A stretch of 64,000 bases of DNA from Candidatus Aminicenantes bacterium (GTDB lineage Bacteria; Acidobacteriota; Aminicenantia; Aminicenantales; Saccharicenantaceae): NCBI GenBank assembly GCA_963725825.1, contig CAVSAI010000029.1:54185-118184 (forward strand). Direction: 5' to 3'. How positions within the stretch are numbered: position 1 is the stretch's first letter; every line of letters starts with the position of its first letter. Shown piece by piece: positions 18,898 through 28,232 of this stretch. The notes beneath the pieces are model-generated. The model was not told the DNA's origin and did not search any database. It worked only from the letters and a program-made list of their open reading frames with translations. A program made the translations under genes and the position numbers.

Positions 18898-21531
18898 CTA
18901 TTTCCCCGGATAAAGCAGGGCGTTCAGCAGGAACTTATACGTCCCGTGGGATTGGGCCCGGTTCTGGCACCTGATCCCGATCAGGATGATCCGGCCGTCC
19001 TTGTACTTCGTATCGACGACGGCGGCTTTCCGGGTCAGGTATTCCTCGCCGAGCAGCCAGCCGCTGAGCAGGACCTCGTCCTCGGGGTATGCGGCGACGA
19101 CCTTGCGGTCCCAGTCGAAGGACGGCGAGAAGGTGTTCAGGGCCAGGCTGTTGACGAACATGGCCGCAGCCTCCTTTGGCATGCCGTAGCCGATCGGGGT
19201 CTCGTTGTCGACCAGGATCCTGAGGATGGAGGTCGGGCAGAAGAACTTGGTCCGGTCGACGCCGGTGAGGGCATTGCGGGCCGGGGCGCCGAACTCGCTG
19301 ATGGCGAACTCCGAGGCGCCGTTGAGCGCGACCATGACGCCGCCCTTCTCGACAAAGGCCTTCAGGGCGTCGACGCCTTCCTGACCGATCCCGCCTTCGT
19401 ATTCGGGAGGGACCGGGCTCTGGCGGAACATCCGCGCCATGGGCGACTCCGCGCCTCCCGGTCCGCCTCCCGGGGCCGCCCCGGGCCGAGTGCCCTTGAT
19501 GGTGTTGGTGTTCTCATCGGCGAAGATGATGACGTCGAAATTCGCCCGCAGGTCGACCTTCTGGTCTTTGGCGCCCTTGATGTCGGCGTTGTGGAGCGTC
19601 TTATAAGGGATGGCCATGTCATCGAAGACGTAGCGCGTCCAACCTTCGTCCGCGTTGCCGCGCCACGACTGGAAGAGTCCGATGCGGGGGAACTTGACCG
19701 CGGCCTTTTCGAGCGCGGAGACGTCATCGACGTCGAGGACGGCCAGGTCCAACTTTTCGGCCAGCGCCGGGAGCGCCTTCTTCACCTCAGCCGAGTTCTT
19801 GACGATAAAGGCGCCGGCCTGGAGATCGTGGCCCTTGACCGAGGCCCTCGATCTCGTCCGCGAGATCTCGGCGCCGTCCTTGAGCAGAGCGATCGCCATG
19901 GCGTAGGACGCGTTGACCCGCGGGTCGAGGACGAAATAATCGCTCTTGCCCTGGGTCGGGACCTTGGGATAGGGCACGGACTCGATCTTTTCGAGCTTGG
20001 CCTCGAAGGGCTCGGCGACCTTGTCGCAGAGGACGCCCATCTGCAGGGGCAGCGTCCAGGCGGCGTTGTCGTAGGGCGGGACCGGAGGGCCGCCGGGATA
20101 TTGCCGCATGTCGGGGTATTTCTGCTTATCGAGGAGCGCCCAGGCAAAGGTCCGGTAGGGCTGGGCCGTTTTGACGACGAAGGACCCGGCGTTGTAGAAC
20201 CGGCCGCCGGCGATAAAATCGGCCTTGGCCTGATGGACCTCGACGCCGCCCGTCTTCAGGACCTCGAGCATCTTGAGCATCGTCGGGTAGTCCCGCTGGA
20301 CGGCCGGGATGACGAAGGCATAGGGCTGATCTCCGTCCAACTTTTCGACGGAATTCTTGTTCATCTTGAAGAAGTTGAACAGGATGTCCTCCTTATGGAG
20401 GGAGGCCGTCTTGAGCAGGCTTTGGGACAGCACGAGCTCATAGTCCACGATGTCGCGGAGCCGCCACGAGCCGCCGGGCCAGGGGTCGATGAAATCCATC
20501 CGCTTCTCGTAGAAGTCGGACTGGATCTCCGTGGGCTCGATGAAGATGGGGCTGGCGACGCGCACCGAGGCCGCCTCGCTGAGGCAGCTCAGGACGTTGT
20601 GGAGCCAGCCGGTGTCGTCGCAGGCCCCGATCCACCAGGCCGTGTAGGAGCGGCCGTTGACGATGCCGCTCATGCCGTGCTTCTGGAGCTCGTAGCTCAT
20701 CTCGGTGCCGATGAGGTTGACGCCGCGCCAGACCGACGGCTGGATGTTCGGCAGCGGCGGGTCCATAAATGGGGGCACGAAGAGCCGGGCGCCGTTGGAG
20801 CCCTGCTGGTGTTCGTCGAGGTGGATCTGGGGCAGCCAGTCCTGATAGAGGACCTTGGTCACGGCCCGGGTCTCGGGCAGGTTGAACATGTACCAGTCGC
20901 GGTTGTTGTCGTGGCCCGCATAGACGTGGTAGAGCCAGGGCATGTTGCCGCCCTCGTATTGGGTGCCGACGTATTTGCGGTACCAGTCGACGACCATCTG
21001 GTTGCCGTCGGGATTGTGGCTCGGAACAAGGAGGAGGATGACGTCGTTGAGGATCTTTCCGGCGTCGAAATCGGTCTGGCCGGTGACGAGGTCGTAGGCG
21101 AGCTCCATCGACATCTGGGAGGCCCCGATCTCGGTCGCGTGGAGCGAGCAGCTGATGAGGACGATCGCCTTGCCTTCCTTGGCCAGCTTGCGGGCCTCGT
21201 CGACCGACGTCACGCGGGGGTCGCGGAGCTTGTGCGTGATCTCCTTCCAGCGATCGAGCTTGGCCAGGTTCTCAGGTGTCGAGATCGCGGCCATGATGAT
21301 CGGCTTCTTCTGGACCGATTCGCCGATCGTGAACAGCTTGAGCTTGTTCGTCTCCTGGGCCAGCTTCTCGAAATAGGACTTGATCTGGGTATAATCGGCG
21401 AGCTTGCGGTCCTCGCCGACCTTGAAGCCGAGGAACTTGTCCGGCGGCGTCTGGGCCGCGAGAGGCCCGACGGCCAGGATGAGGGCGGTCAGGATGAGGG
21501 CGATCGGAATGAAGCGTCGGGATCTTTTCAC
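18898..21531 (-). CDS. Secreted M14-family zinc carboxypeptidase (large, multi-domain)
   Basis: Signal peptide. HATEIGASQ and PSHNPDG zinc-binding and catalytic motifs. 877 aa. Confidence 0.8.
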   Translation of the reverse strand: MKRSRRFIPIALILTALILAVGPLAAQTPPDKFLGFKVGEDRKLADYTQIKSYFEKLAQETNKLKLFTIGESVQKKPIIMAAISTPENLAKLDRWKEITHKLRDPRVTSVDEARKLAKEGKAIVLISCSLHATEIGASQMSMELAYDLVTGQTDFDAGKILNDVILLLVPSHNPDGNQMVVDWYRKYVGTQYEGGNMPWLYHVYAGHDNNRDWYMFNLPETRAVTKVLYQDWLPQIHLDEHQQGSNGARLFVPPFMDPPLPNIQPSVWRGVNLIGTEMSYELQKHGMSGIVNGRSYTAWWIGACDDTGWLHNVLSCLSEAASVRVASPIFIEPTEIQSDFYEKRMDFIDPWPGGSWRLRDIVDYELVLSQSLLKTASLHKEDILFNFFKMNKNSVEKLDGDQPYAFVIPAVQRDYPTMLKMLEVLKTGGVEVHQAKADFIAGGRFYNAGSFVVKTAQPYRTFAWALLDKQKYPDMRQYPGGPPVPPYDNAAWTLPLQMGVLCDKVAEPFEAKLEKIESVPYPKVPTQGKSDYFVLDPRVNASYAMAIALLKDGAEISRTRSRASVKGHDLQAGAFIVKNSAEVKKALPALAEKLDLAVLDVDDVSALEKAAVKFPRIGLFQSWRGNADEGWTRYVFDDMAIPYKTLHNADIKGAKDQKVDLRANFDVIIFADENTNTIKGTRPGAAPGGGPGGAESPMARMFRQSPVPPEYEGGIGQEGVDALKAFVEKGGVMVALNGASEFAISEFGAPARNALTGVDRTKFFCPTSILRILVDNETPIGYGMPKEAAAMFVNSLALNTFSPSFDWDRKVVAAYPEDEVLLSGWLLGEEYLTRKAAVVDTKYKDGRIILIGIRCQNRAQSHGTYKFLLNALLYPGK

Positions 21532-21623
21532 GGACGACCTCCTGCGGAAGATCGAAAGGTTTATCTATCACCGGGGGGAGAGGCCTGTCAAGGAGTGCTG
21601 GCGCCGCCCCCGCCGTTGGCGCG

Positions 21624-22313
21624 CTAGTCGCGCGACGAGCGCAGCAGGAACATGCGCAGCAGCTGAACGGCGGCCATGGTCGTGGCGGCGACGTAGGTCA
21701 GGGCCGCGGCGCTCAGGACCTTGCGGGCGCCGACCATCTCGTCGGGAGTGAGGAAACGCCGCTCTTCGAGCAGGGCCAGGGCCCGCTTCGAGGCGTTGAA
21801 TTCGACGGGAAGGGTGACGACCGAGAAGGCCACCGCCCCGGTGAAGAGCAGGATGCCGATGTCCATGAGGATGTTGGAGCTGCCCCTGCTGAAGATGAAC
21901 CCGACGAAGAAGAGCGGGAAGGCCAGGGTTGAGCCGAGGCTGGCGGCGGGATAGATGAGAGACCGCAAGGCCATCGGCTGGTAATGGTCGTGATGCTGGA
22001 GGGCGTGGCCCGTCTCATGGGCGGCGATGCCGAGGGCGGCGATCGACGCGCTGTCGTGAACGCCCTGGGACAGGCGAAGGACCTTCTTCCGGGGATCGTA
22101 GTGGTCGGTCAGATTGCCCGGCGTCTTTTCGATGGTGACTTCGCCGGCTCCGGCCGCCTGGAGCAGCTGATAGGCGGCCTGGGCCCCGGTCATGCGGGAT
22201 GATGCGGAGACCTGGCTGTATTTCCGGTAAGCCCCCTTGACCCTGGCCTGGGCATAGAAGGCCAGGATGAGGGCCGGGATGACAAGCAGGAACGTCGGAT
22301 CGCCGAATAACAT
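21624..22313 (-). CDS. YugP-family membrane zinc metallopeptidase
   Basis: HETGHALQH HExxH motif and TM segments. Start chosen at MLFGDPTF (22313) because of a strong aggagg RBS; the ORF-track start at 22340 lacks an RBS. Confidence 0.7.
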   Translation of the reverse strand: MLFGDPTFLLVIPALILAFYAQARVKGAYRKYSQVSASSRMTGAQAAYQLLQAAGAGEVTIEKTPGNLTDHYDPRKKVLRLSQGVHDSASIAALGIAAHETGHALQHHDHYQPMALRSLIYPAASLGSTLAFPLFFVGFIFSRGSSNILMDIGILLFTGAVAFSVVTLPVEFNASKRALALLEERRFLTPDEMVGARKVLSAAALTYVAATTMAAVQLLRMFLLRSSRD

Positions 22314-22359
22314 CTTGGCTGTCCTCCTGGGAACAGACATCCATTCTACCCCAATCCCA

Positions 22360-22365
22360 GGGAAA
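22360..22365 (+). promoter_or_regulatory. -10 box TATAAT preceding the SRP RNA
   Basis: Perfect TATAAT about 8-12 nt upstream of the proposed RNA 5' end. Confidence 0.35.
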
Positions 22366-22372
22366 AAGGTAT

Positions 22373-22610
22373 AATGGGGCCGGCCGTGCTAGACGGGGAG
22401 CTAGCGGTGCCCTGTGGCCCACAATCCGCTCAAGTGGGGTCGAATTCCCTGCCGAGGCTTCCCTCTTTCTGGCCGGTGCCCTTGCACGTGGCGCTGAAGG
22501 CTGGGGTCCTGCGCGAAGGGCTTCCCGCGAACTCCGTCAGGACCGGAAGGTAGCAGCGGCAACGGGACGGTTCTTGTGCGGCAGTCAACCTCGCCGGAGC
22601 CGGCGGCTCG
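22373..22610 (+). ncRNA. ffs: Signal recognition particle RNA (long, Alu-domain type); boundaries approximate
   Basis: GUCAGGACCGGAAGGUAGCAGC at 22535-22556 matches the conserved helix-8 motif, with GGAA tetraloop at 22545-22548. The closing pair is A-U, a compensatory swap relative to the E. coli U-A. 5' region GGGGUCGAAUUCCC (22434-22455) resembles the Alu-domain motif of Bacillus-type SRP RNA. Confidence 0.5.
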
Positions 22611-22612
22611 GG

Positions 22613-22850
22613 ACACGCAGGGAGAGTGTTGTCGGAGCAGGGTGCACGGTCATCCTACCGCAGCGAGCGAAGCGAGCGGAGGCGCAGAAATCCCCCGGAG
22701 ATACACAGAGGGGGATTTCTGCTAAATATCCGAGAAGAACTCTTTCTTTATTTTCTCCCAGCGCCGCCTCTCCGTGTTGCTCCGTGGCGGCGCTGATGTT
22801 CGCTTCGAAGACTCCGCTCCCTGCCGGTCCCCCTTCCCCCACGGGGGCTT
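22613..22850 (+). repeat. Copy 2 of the structured non-coding repeat element (hairpins 22685-22721, 22759-22795, about 22829-22847)
   Basis: Same block order as 14518-14745. Hairpin stems differ in sequence (cagaaatccccc/gggggatttctg vs cagaatcg/cgattctg; cagcgccgcc/ggcggcgctg vs cagcaccgctcc/ggagcggtgctg) but remain perfectly paired. Confidence 0.6.
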
Positions 22851-22906
22851 CGGAGCGAAAAACCTCACCGCCTTGAGAGGAAATTCGACAAGAGGGAACA
22901 AAGGAA

Positions 22907-23791
22907 TTAGAAGCCCGCTCCCTTGATTAGGGCCTCGATCTCCGCCCGGCCCTTCTCGTCGACGGGGAGAAGCGGCAGTCGGGTCGGCCCGCCGTAATAT
23001 CCCCTCAGATCCTGGGCGTGCTTGAGCCCGGCGATGCCGTAGACCTCGACCAGGGTCTTGTTGAGAGGGACGAGATCGAGCTGGAGGTTGCGGGCCTTGT
23101 CCTTCTGGCCTGACTTGAAGAGGCGGAAGAGCTCGGCGCACATCTCGGGCACTGCGTTGGCCACGGCCAGGATGGCTCCGCACGCCCCCATCTCGAGTCC
23201 GGGATAGACTACGGAACCCGAGCCGAGAAGGTAGTGAAAACCCGCGTGGACCTCGCGGACGACCTCAGCTAGGAAGGCGAGACTCCCGCCGCTCTCCTTG
23301 AGTCCGGCGATGTTCCTGTGCGAGGCGAGCTCGATGACCAAGCGGGGCTCGAGGGAGATGCCCGTGTTCTGGGGCATGTTGTAGACGAGGACCGGGTAAC
23401 GGCTGGCATCGGCCACGGCGAGGTAGTGCGCCCGGAGGGCCTCGCGGGTCATCTTAGACTTGAAATAGGAGGGCGGCCGGACGAGAACGGCAGCGATGCC
23501 ATGGGCCGGCAGGCTCGCCGTGAAGTCGATCGTCCCTTTGGTCGATTCGCGGGCCGTTCCGACGAGGACCTTTTTATCCGGAGATGCGGCTTCGAGAACG
23601 GCCTCGACGAGCTCGAGAGATTCCGCATCCGTAAGGGAGACGCTTTCCCCGGTCGACCCAAGGACGAGATATCCTGCGACCGCGGTCTCGTTGAGCTTGA
23701 GGATATTCTCCTTGAGCCTCGAGGCCGAGATCTCATCGCCCTTGAAGGGCGTCGTCAGCGCGACATAGATGCCTTCGAGCGGCTTGTTCAA
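22907..23791 (-). CDS. Dihydrodipicolinate synthase family protein (DapA/KDG-aldolase-like class I aldolase)
   Basis: GIYVALTTPF...GYLVLGSTGE...YNMP motifs. Confidence 0.8.
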   Translation of the reverse strand: MNKPLEGIYVALTTPFKGDEISASRLKENILKLNETAVAGYLVLGSTGESVSLTDAESLELVEAVLEAASPDKKVLVGTARESTKGTIDFTASLPAHGIAAVLVRPPSYFKSKMTREALRAHYLAVADASRYPVLVYNMPQNTGISLEPRLVIELASHRNIAGLKESGGSLAFLAEVVREVHAGFHYLLGSGSVVYPGLEMGACGAILAVANAVPEMCAELFRLFKSGQKDKARNLQLDLVPLNKTLVEVYGIAGLKHAQDLRGYYGGPTRLPLLPVDEKGRAEIEALIKGAGF

Positions 23792-24159
23792 TCCTGTTCT
23801 CCTTTGCGCTGCTCCCGGACGGCCCTCTCGATCTCCCGCAGCTCGGCTTCGCCGAGGCCGAAATAGTGGCCGACCTCGTGGAGGACCGTGTCGCGGACGT
23901 TGTCTTTGACCTCCTCGTCGGACCGCGAGATCGATTCGACGGGGCGCTGGTAAATGACGATGACGTCGGGAGCATAGTTTCCGTATGAGGCGGGGCTGCG
24001 GTGGGGGTAGGGGACCCCGTGGTAGAGGCCGAGGAGGTTCGTCCCTGGCGGGCAGTCGTCCTCGACCATGACGTTGACGTTGTCGATGAGTTTGCGGAAC
24101 TTCTTCGGGATCTCGTCCAGGGCCTCGGAGACGAGCTCTTCGAATCGCTCCCTGTCCAT
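23788..24159 (-). CDS. Small zincin-like metallopeptidase-family protein (HEVGH motif)
   Basis: 123 aa, start MDRERF. HEVGHYFGL motif. ATGA overlap with the downstream dapA-like gene. Confidence 0.5.
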   Translation of the reverse strand: MDRERFEELVSEALDEIPKKFRKLIDNVNVMVEDDCPPGTNLLGLYHGVPYPHRSPASYGNYAPDVIVIYQRPVESISRSDEEVKDNVRDTVLHEVGHYFGLGEAELREIERAVREQRKGEQD

Positions 24160-24203
24160 GGACGGCCGGAAAGGGCTCCGGCCGAAGGGACTTGGCCGCC
24201 GGC

Positions 24204-24725
24204 TCATTTCTCGATGCCTTCGCGGGCCTTGACGCCCTTGTCGAAGTAGTGTTTGACGTCCTTCATCTCGGTGACCAGGTCGGCCCGGTCGATGAACGAG
24301 TCCGGGGCGTAGCGCCCGGTCAGGACGAGCTCGACCGCCGCGGGACGCTTGTCGATGAAATCGAGAACGTCTCTCTCGGACAGGATCTTGAAATGGACGG
24401 CCGTATTGACCTCGTCGAGGACGACGATCCGGTAATCGCCCGAGAGCATGGCCTCGAGCGCCCGGGCCAGCCCGGCCCTGGCCAGTGAGACGTCCTGGTC
24501 GTCGGGCCCGTCCTTGACGGTGATGAAGCCCTCGCGTCCGAACTGTTCGATGCGGATGAGAGGAGCCAGCTTCTTCGCGGCCTCGATCTCGCCCGTCGGC
24601 TGAGCCTTGAGGAACTGGGCCACATAGGTCTTGAAGCCATGGCCCGCGGCCCGCAGCGCCAGGCCCAGGGCCGCCGTCGTCTTGCCCTTGCCGTTCCCCG
24701 TGTAGATTTGAAGATAGCCTGTCAT
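24204..24725 (-). CDS. cobO: Cob(I)yrinic acid a,c-diamide adenosyltransferase (CobO/BtuR family)
   Basis: YTGNGKGKTTAALG P-loop, ...VLDE..., about 174 aa. Start taken at MTGYLQIY; the start is uncertain. Confidence 0.8.
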   Translation of the reverse strand: MTGYLQIYTGNGKGKTTAALGLALRAAGHGFKTYVAQFLKAQPTGEIEAAKKLAPLIRIEQFGREGFITVKDGPDDQDVSLARAGLARALEAMLSGDYRIVVLDEVNTAVHFKILSERDVLDFIDKRPAAVELVLTGRYAPDSFIDRADLVTEMKDVKHYFDKGVKAREGIEK

Positions 24726-24806
24726 CGCGCCTATTGTTGAATAAACCCCCCGGCTTGTCAAAAAGCGGTCGTCGGCAAAACGGCCCGTCCATGCTATAAT
24801 CGGCGC

Positions 24807-26093
24807 ATGCTCGACCCGAAATATGTCCTGGAAAACCTTGAATCCGTTCAGAATAGGCTAGGGGCGCGAGGCCCACGGATCAGTCTGGACGAGTTCGTCC
24901 GCGTCTCCCGCGAAAAAAAGGACGTCCTCAAGAAGACCGAGGACCTCAGGGCCGTCAAGAACAAAGCGTCGGAAGAGGTTTCGCGGCTAAAGAAGGACGG
25001 CAAAGACGCCTCGACGATCATCGCCGACATGAGAAAGGTCGGCGACGAGATCGGCGCGCTCGAGGAGCGGCTTAAGGCCCTGGACGAAGAGCTCAAGTCG
25101 ACCCTTCTCAACATCCCCAATATCCCCCACGAATCCGTTCCCGTCGGGAAGAGTGCCGAGGACAACAAAGAGGCCCGGCGCTGGGGGAGCCGGCCGGAGT
25201 TCGCCTTTCAGCCGCAGGCCCATTGGGACGTCGGCGAGAAGCTCGGCATCCTCGACTTCGAGCGGGCGGCCAAGATCACCGGCTCGCGGTTCACGGTCTA
25301 CTTCGGCGCCGGGGCCCGGCTCGAGCGGGCCCTGATCAACTTCATGCTCGACCTCCACACCCGCGAGCGCGGCTTCACCGAAGTCCTGCCGCCGTTCATC
25401 GCCAACGCCGAGAGCCTGACCGGGACGGGCAACCTGCCCAAGTTCAAGGAGGATCTGTTCAAGCTCGAGGGCTTCGACTGGTACCTCATCCCGACGGCAG
25501 AGGTGCCGCTGACGAACATCTACCGGAACGAGATCCTCGACGGCGGCGTCCTGCCGACCCGCTTCGTGGCCTATACGCCCTGCTTCCGGAGCGAGGCGGG
25601 TTCTTACGGCAAGGACGTCCGGGGCCTCATCCGCCAGCACCAGTTCAACAAGGTCGAGATGATGATCTTCAGCCGGCCCGAGAGCTCCTTCGACGAGCTC
25701 GAATATATGACGGCTTCGGCCGAGGAGGTCCTGAAGCGACTCGGACTTCACCACCGGGTCGTGCTGCTCTGCACGGGCGACATGGGCTTCGCCAGCGCCA
25801 AGACCTACGACCTCGAGGTCTGGATGCCCAGCCGCGACGGCTTCATGGAGATCTCGTCCTGCTCGAACTGCCTGGATTTCCAGGCCCGGCGGGCCAACAT
25901 CCGGTTCAAGCGCGAGGCCAAGGGCCGGCCCGAGTTCGCCCATACGCTCAACGGCTCGGGCCTGGCCGTCGGCCGGACCGTCAGCGCCATCCTCGAGAAC
26001 TATCAGCAGGCGGATGGCTCGGTCGTCATCCCCGAGGCCCTGCGGCCGTTCATGGACGGTCTCGAGCGCATCTCATCAACAGCGAAAAAATAG
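24807..26093 (+). CDS. serS: Serine--tRNA ligase
   Basis: N-terminal coiled-coil arm and class II core motifs ([28 protein letters not shown]). Confidence 0.95.
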   Translation: MLDPKYVLENLESVQNRLGARGPRISLDEFVRVSREKKDVLKKTEDLRAVKNKASEEVSRLKKDGKDASTIIADMRKVGDEIGALEERLKALDEELKSTLLNIPNIPHESVPVGKSAEDNKEARRWGSRPEFAFQPQAHWDVGEKLGILDFERAAKITGSRFTVYFGAGARLERALINFMLDLHTRERGFTEVLPPFIANAESLTGTGNLPKFKEDLFKLEGFDWYLIPTAEVPLTNIYRNEILDGGVLPTRFVAYTPCFRSEAGSYGKDVRGLIRQHQFNKVEMMIFSRPESSFDELEYMTASAEEVLKRLGLHHRVVLLCTGDMGFASAKTYDLEVWMPSRDGFMEISSCSNCLDFQARRANIRFKREAKGRPEFAHTLNGSGLAVGRTVSAILENYQQADGSVVIPEALRPFMDGLERISSTAKK

Positions 26094-26099
26094 ATCGGC

Positions 26100-26189
26100 G
26101 GAGGGATGGCCGAGTGGTTGAAGGCGGCGGTCTTGAAAACCGCTTTCCGGTTCTCCGGAACGGGGGTTCGAATCCCTCTCCCTCCGCCA
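26100..26189 (+). tRNA. tRNA-Ser (anticodon UGA), type II with long variable arm, CCA encoded
   Basis: GGAGGGA acceptor pairs with UCCCUCC; D-arm GCCGAGUGGUUGAAGGC; anticodon loop CUUGAAA; T-arm GGUUCGAAUCC; ends G-CCA. Confidence 0.95.
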
Positions 26190-26200
26190 TTGTCGCTTTC

Positions 26201-26710
26201 TTGAGAGGCGTCAACGTCGGCGGCCATAATACGATCGCCATGGCCGCCCTCAAGTCCGCCTTCGAATCCATGGGCTTCAGCAACGTCAGGACGGTCCTGG
26301 CCAGCGGCAACGTCGTTTTCGAAGCACCCGGCAAAGACCCGAACCCGGACCAGACGATCTCACAGGGGCTCGAGAAAGCCTTCGGCTTTCCTGTCAAGGT
26401 CGTCCTGCGCACGGTCCGGGAGCTGCGGGCCATGGTCGACTCGGATCCCTTCAAGGGCATCCCGTCCGGCCCTGAAATCAAATTCTATGTGACATTCCTC
26501 GCCCAAAGGACCCCGGACCGCTCCCGCCTCCGTGTCCCGGCGCCGGCCAAGGGTGTCCGCATCATCCGGGTCACGCCGGGCGAGACCTTCAGCGCCGTGA
26601 CGCTTTCGCCGGGAGTGGGGACGCCCGACCTCATGGCTTTTCTGGACAAAGCCCTGGGAGACGCGGCCACCACTAGGAATTGGAATACTATCATTAGGAT
26701 CGCGGGTTAA
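26201..26710 (+). CDS. DUF1697-family protein
   Basis: LRGVNVGG...MA.LK..F...GF..V.T.LASGNVVF signature. The ORF begins inside the tRNA 3' end, and no ATG/GTG is available; the start is tentatively TTG at 26201. Confidence 0.55.
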   Translation: MRGVNVGGHNTIAMAALKSAFESMGFSNVRTVLASGNVVFEAPGKDPNPDQTISQGLEKAFGFPVKVVLRTVRELRAMVDSDPFKGIPSGPEIKFYVTFLAQRTPDRSRLRVPAPAKGVRIIRVTPGETFSAVTLSPGVGTPDLMAFLDKALGDAATTRNWNTIIRIAG

Positions 26711-26739
26711 GGCATCTTCAACGAAAGGGGACGCACGCA

Positions 26740-27084
26740 ATGGAACAAACCGCAATGCTCAGGGCTACTTCAAGTGCACCGAAGAAACGCTCCGTGTCCA
26801 AGCCGGTTCGGGCCGCAAGCAAGCTGACCGACCTCGCGAACATCGGCAAGACGACCGCGGCCAAGCTCGAGAAGATCGGCATCAGGACCTGCGAGGATTT
26901 CCTAAAGCGCGACCCATACGAGGTCTTCCACGAGTTGAAAACGAAGGTCGACCCGACGCTCTGCCGCTGCGCCCTGGCCGGCATCATCGGGGCCAAAACA
27001 GAGGAGCCCTGGCACAAGATCACCAAAAAAGCAGCGGCGGAGTACGAGCGGCGCCATCCGGGCCACCGCTGGGGGCCATGCTGA
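26740..27084 (+). CDS. TfoX C-terminal domain protein (helix-hairpin-helix; competence-regulator-like C-domain only)
   Basis: LTDLANIGKTTAAKLEKIGIRTCEDFLKRDPYEVFHELK...DPTLCRC.L.GII pattern. RBS aaagggga. Confidence 0.6.
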   Translation: MEQTAMLRATSSAPKKRSVSKPVRAASKLTDLANIGKTTAAKLEKIGIRTCEDFLKRDPYEVFHELKTKVDPTLCRCALAGIIGAKTEEPWHKITKKAAAEYERRHPGHRWGPC

Positions 27085-28166
27085 ACGTCATGAGAACCAT
27101 CGGGGCCCTTGTTTTGGTCCTTCTCGTCGGTCTCGCACCCGGCGTTGGCCAGAGCCCGCCATGGCGGGGGACGGTGCGGACGGTCAAAGGCGTGACCATC
27201 GTCGAGAACCCGAAGGAGCCGCTTTACCCGTCCTCCGTCTTCCGGTCGGCGGAAGAATACCAGATCCCTGGATCTGGACCCGGCTATGTCTTGGACAAAC
27301 CCTGCCAACTCGCGCTCGACCGAGACAATAATCTGTACGTTGTGGAGCAACGGGAAGGCCGAATTGAGATTTTCGACCCGAATGGCCACCTCGTGCGGAC
27401 GATCGGCCGAAGGGGCGCCGGGCCGGGTGAATTCGAAGGGTCCATCCGTTTAGATATCCGCGAGGATCTCCTTGTCTACTGTTCGCAGCACATGCGACTG
27501 ACCTCTTTCAGCCTGAGGGGGAGGTTCGTCGAGACGCGTAGCGCGATGGTTCGCTTCAGCGGGATGAGCCGTGACTCACAAGGGAATATCTATGGTACGG
27601 ACTCGAGCAGGGACTCGGCCGGCCAGATCCATTATCAAGTCTGCCGATATGACGCCAAACTTGAGAATCGCCGGGCCCTGGCTCCTCCGGTCAAGCAGCC
27701 GCCTCTCGGTTGGTATGGGATCGCCTCCCCGATCTTCATAGTCACGCGAAGCGATCGGATCGTCTACGGATTCCCCGAAAGCTATGAGTTCTTGCTTTTC
27801 GACCGCGAAGGCGCCCTGATCATGAAGGTCAGAAAGAACCATGAACCGGTCCCGATACCCCAGGAAGACCGCGAATATGTCCTTAAGCGCGGGAGCAATG
27901 TGTTCCCATCTGAGGTCCCGCGTTATTTCCCGCCATATGCCGGAATCGAAGCCGACGAGGATGGAAGGATCTTCGTCAAGATAGCGGGGACGCTGTCCCA
28001 TCTCATGACCTATGACGTTTTCGATCCGGAAGGGAAATTCCTCACGACGATCAAGCTCAAGACCATTGACAGTCCGCTCTGGGCTAACGGGCGCCTGTAC
28101 ACGATCGAGGAAGATGAGGAAGGCTACCGATTCATTCGCGTCTCCCGCGTGTCCTGGGATTATTGA
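27078..28166 (+). CDS. Secreted beta-propeller repeat protein (NHL / 6-bladed propeller-like)
   Basis: Signal peptide. Repeated GxxGxGPGEF-like blades. GC content is visibly lower than the neighbourhood. The start overlaps the TfoX-C stop. Confidence 0.55.
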   Translation: MLNVMRTIGALVLVLLVGLAPGVGQSPPWRGTVRTVKGVTIVENPKEPLYPSSVFRSAEEYQIPGSGPGYVLDKPCQLALDRDNNLYVVEQREGRIEIFDPNGHLVRTIGRRGAGPGEFEGSIRLDIREDLLVYCSQHMRLTSFSLRGRFVETRSAMVRFSGMSRDSQGNIYGTDSSRDSAGQIHYQVCRYDAKLENRRALAPPVKQPPLGWYGIASPIFIVTRSDRIVYGFPESYEFLLFDREGALIMKVRKNHEPVPIPQEDREYVLKRGSNVFPSEVPRYFPPYAGIEADEDGRIFVKIAGTLSHLMTYDVFDPEGKFLTTIKLKTIDSPLWANGRLYTIEEDEEGYRFIRVSRVSWDY

Positions 28167-28232
28167 CCCGGCCGCGCCGGTTTGGCTTTCCCCACGGACT
28201 CATGCTAGAATAACGCCACGTTTCCTGACCGC

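Noticed and set aside
18946-21627. 893-aa plus-strand ORF antisense to the M14 peptidase, and similar long antisense ORFs (1513..2391, 2072..3454, 9210..10076, 10262..11779, 31706..33313, 40793..42502, 47329..49146, 49915..52002, 52020..53258, 53526..54629, 54905..56512, 58333..59331, 62091..63017)
   Set aside because: These lie opposite genes with clear conserved-family motifs. They show extreme G/R/A/D/P/E composition, and lack any recognisable domain. They are expected artifacts of high GC.
22430-22470. tRNA-like T-arm sequence GGGGTCGAATTCCC, suggesting a tRNA or tmRNA
   Set aside because: No acceptor stem, D-arm, anticodon arm or CCA could be built around it, and it lacks the tmRNA 5' motif. 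It fits better as the Alu-domain motif of a long SRP RNA.
26718-27389. 223-aa minus-strand ORF overlapping the TfoX-C and beta-propeller genes
   Set aside because: The plus-strand genes have an RBS, signal peptide and recognisable domains. The minus-strand translation is low complexity.
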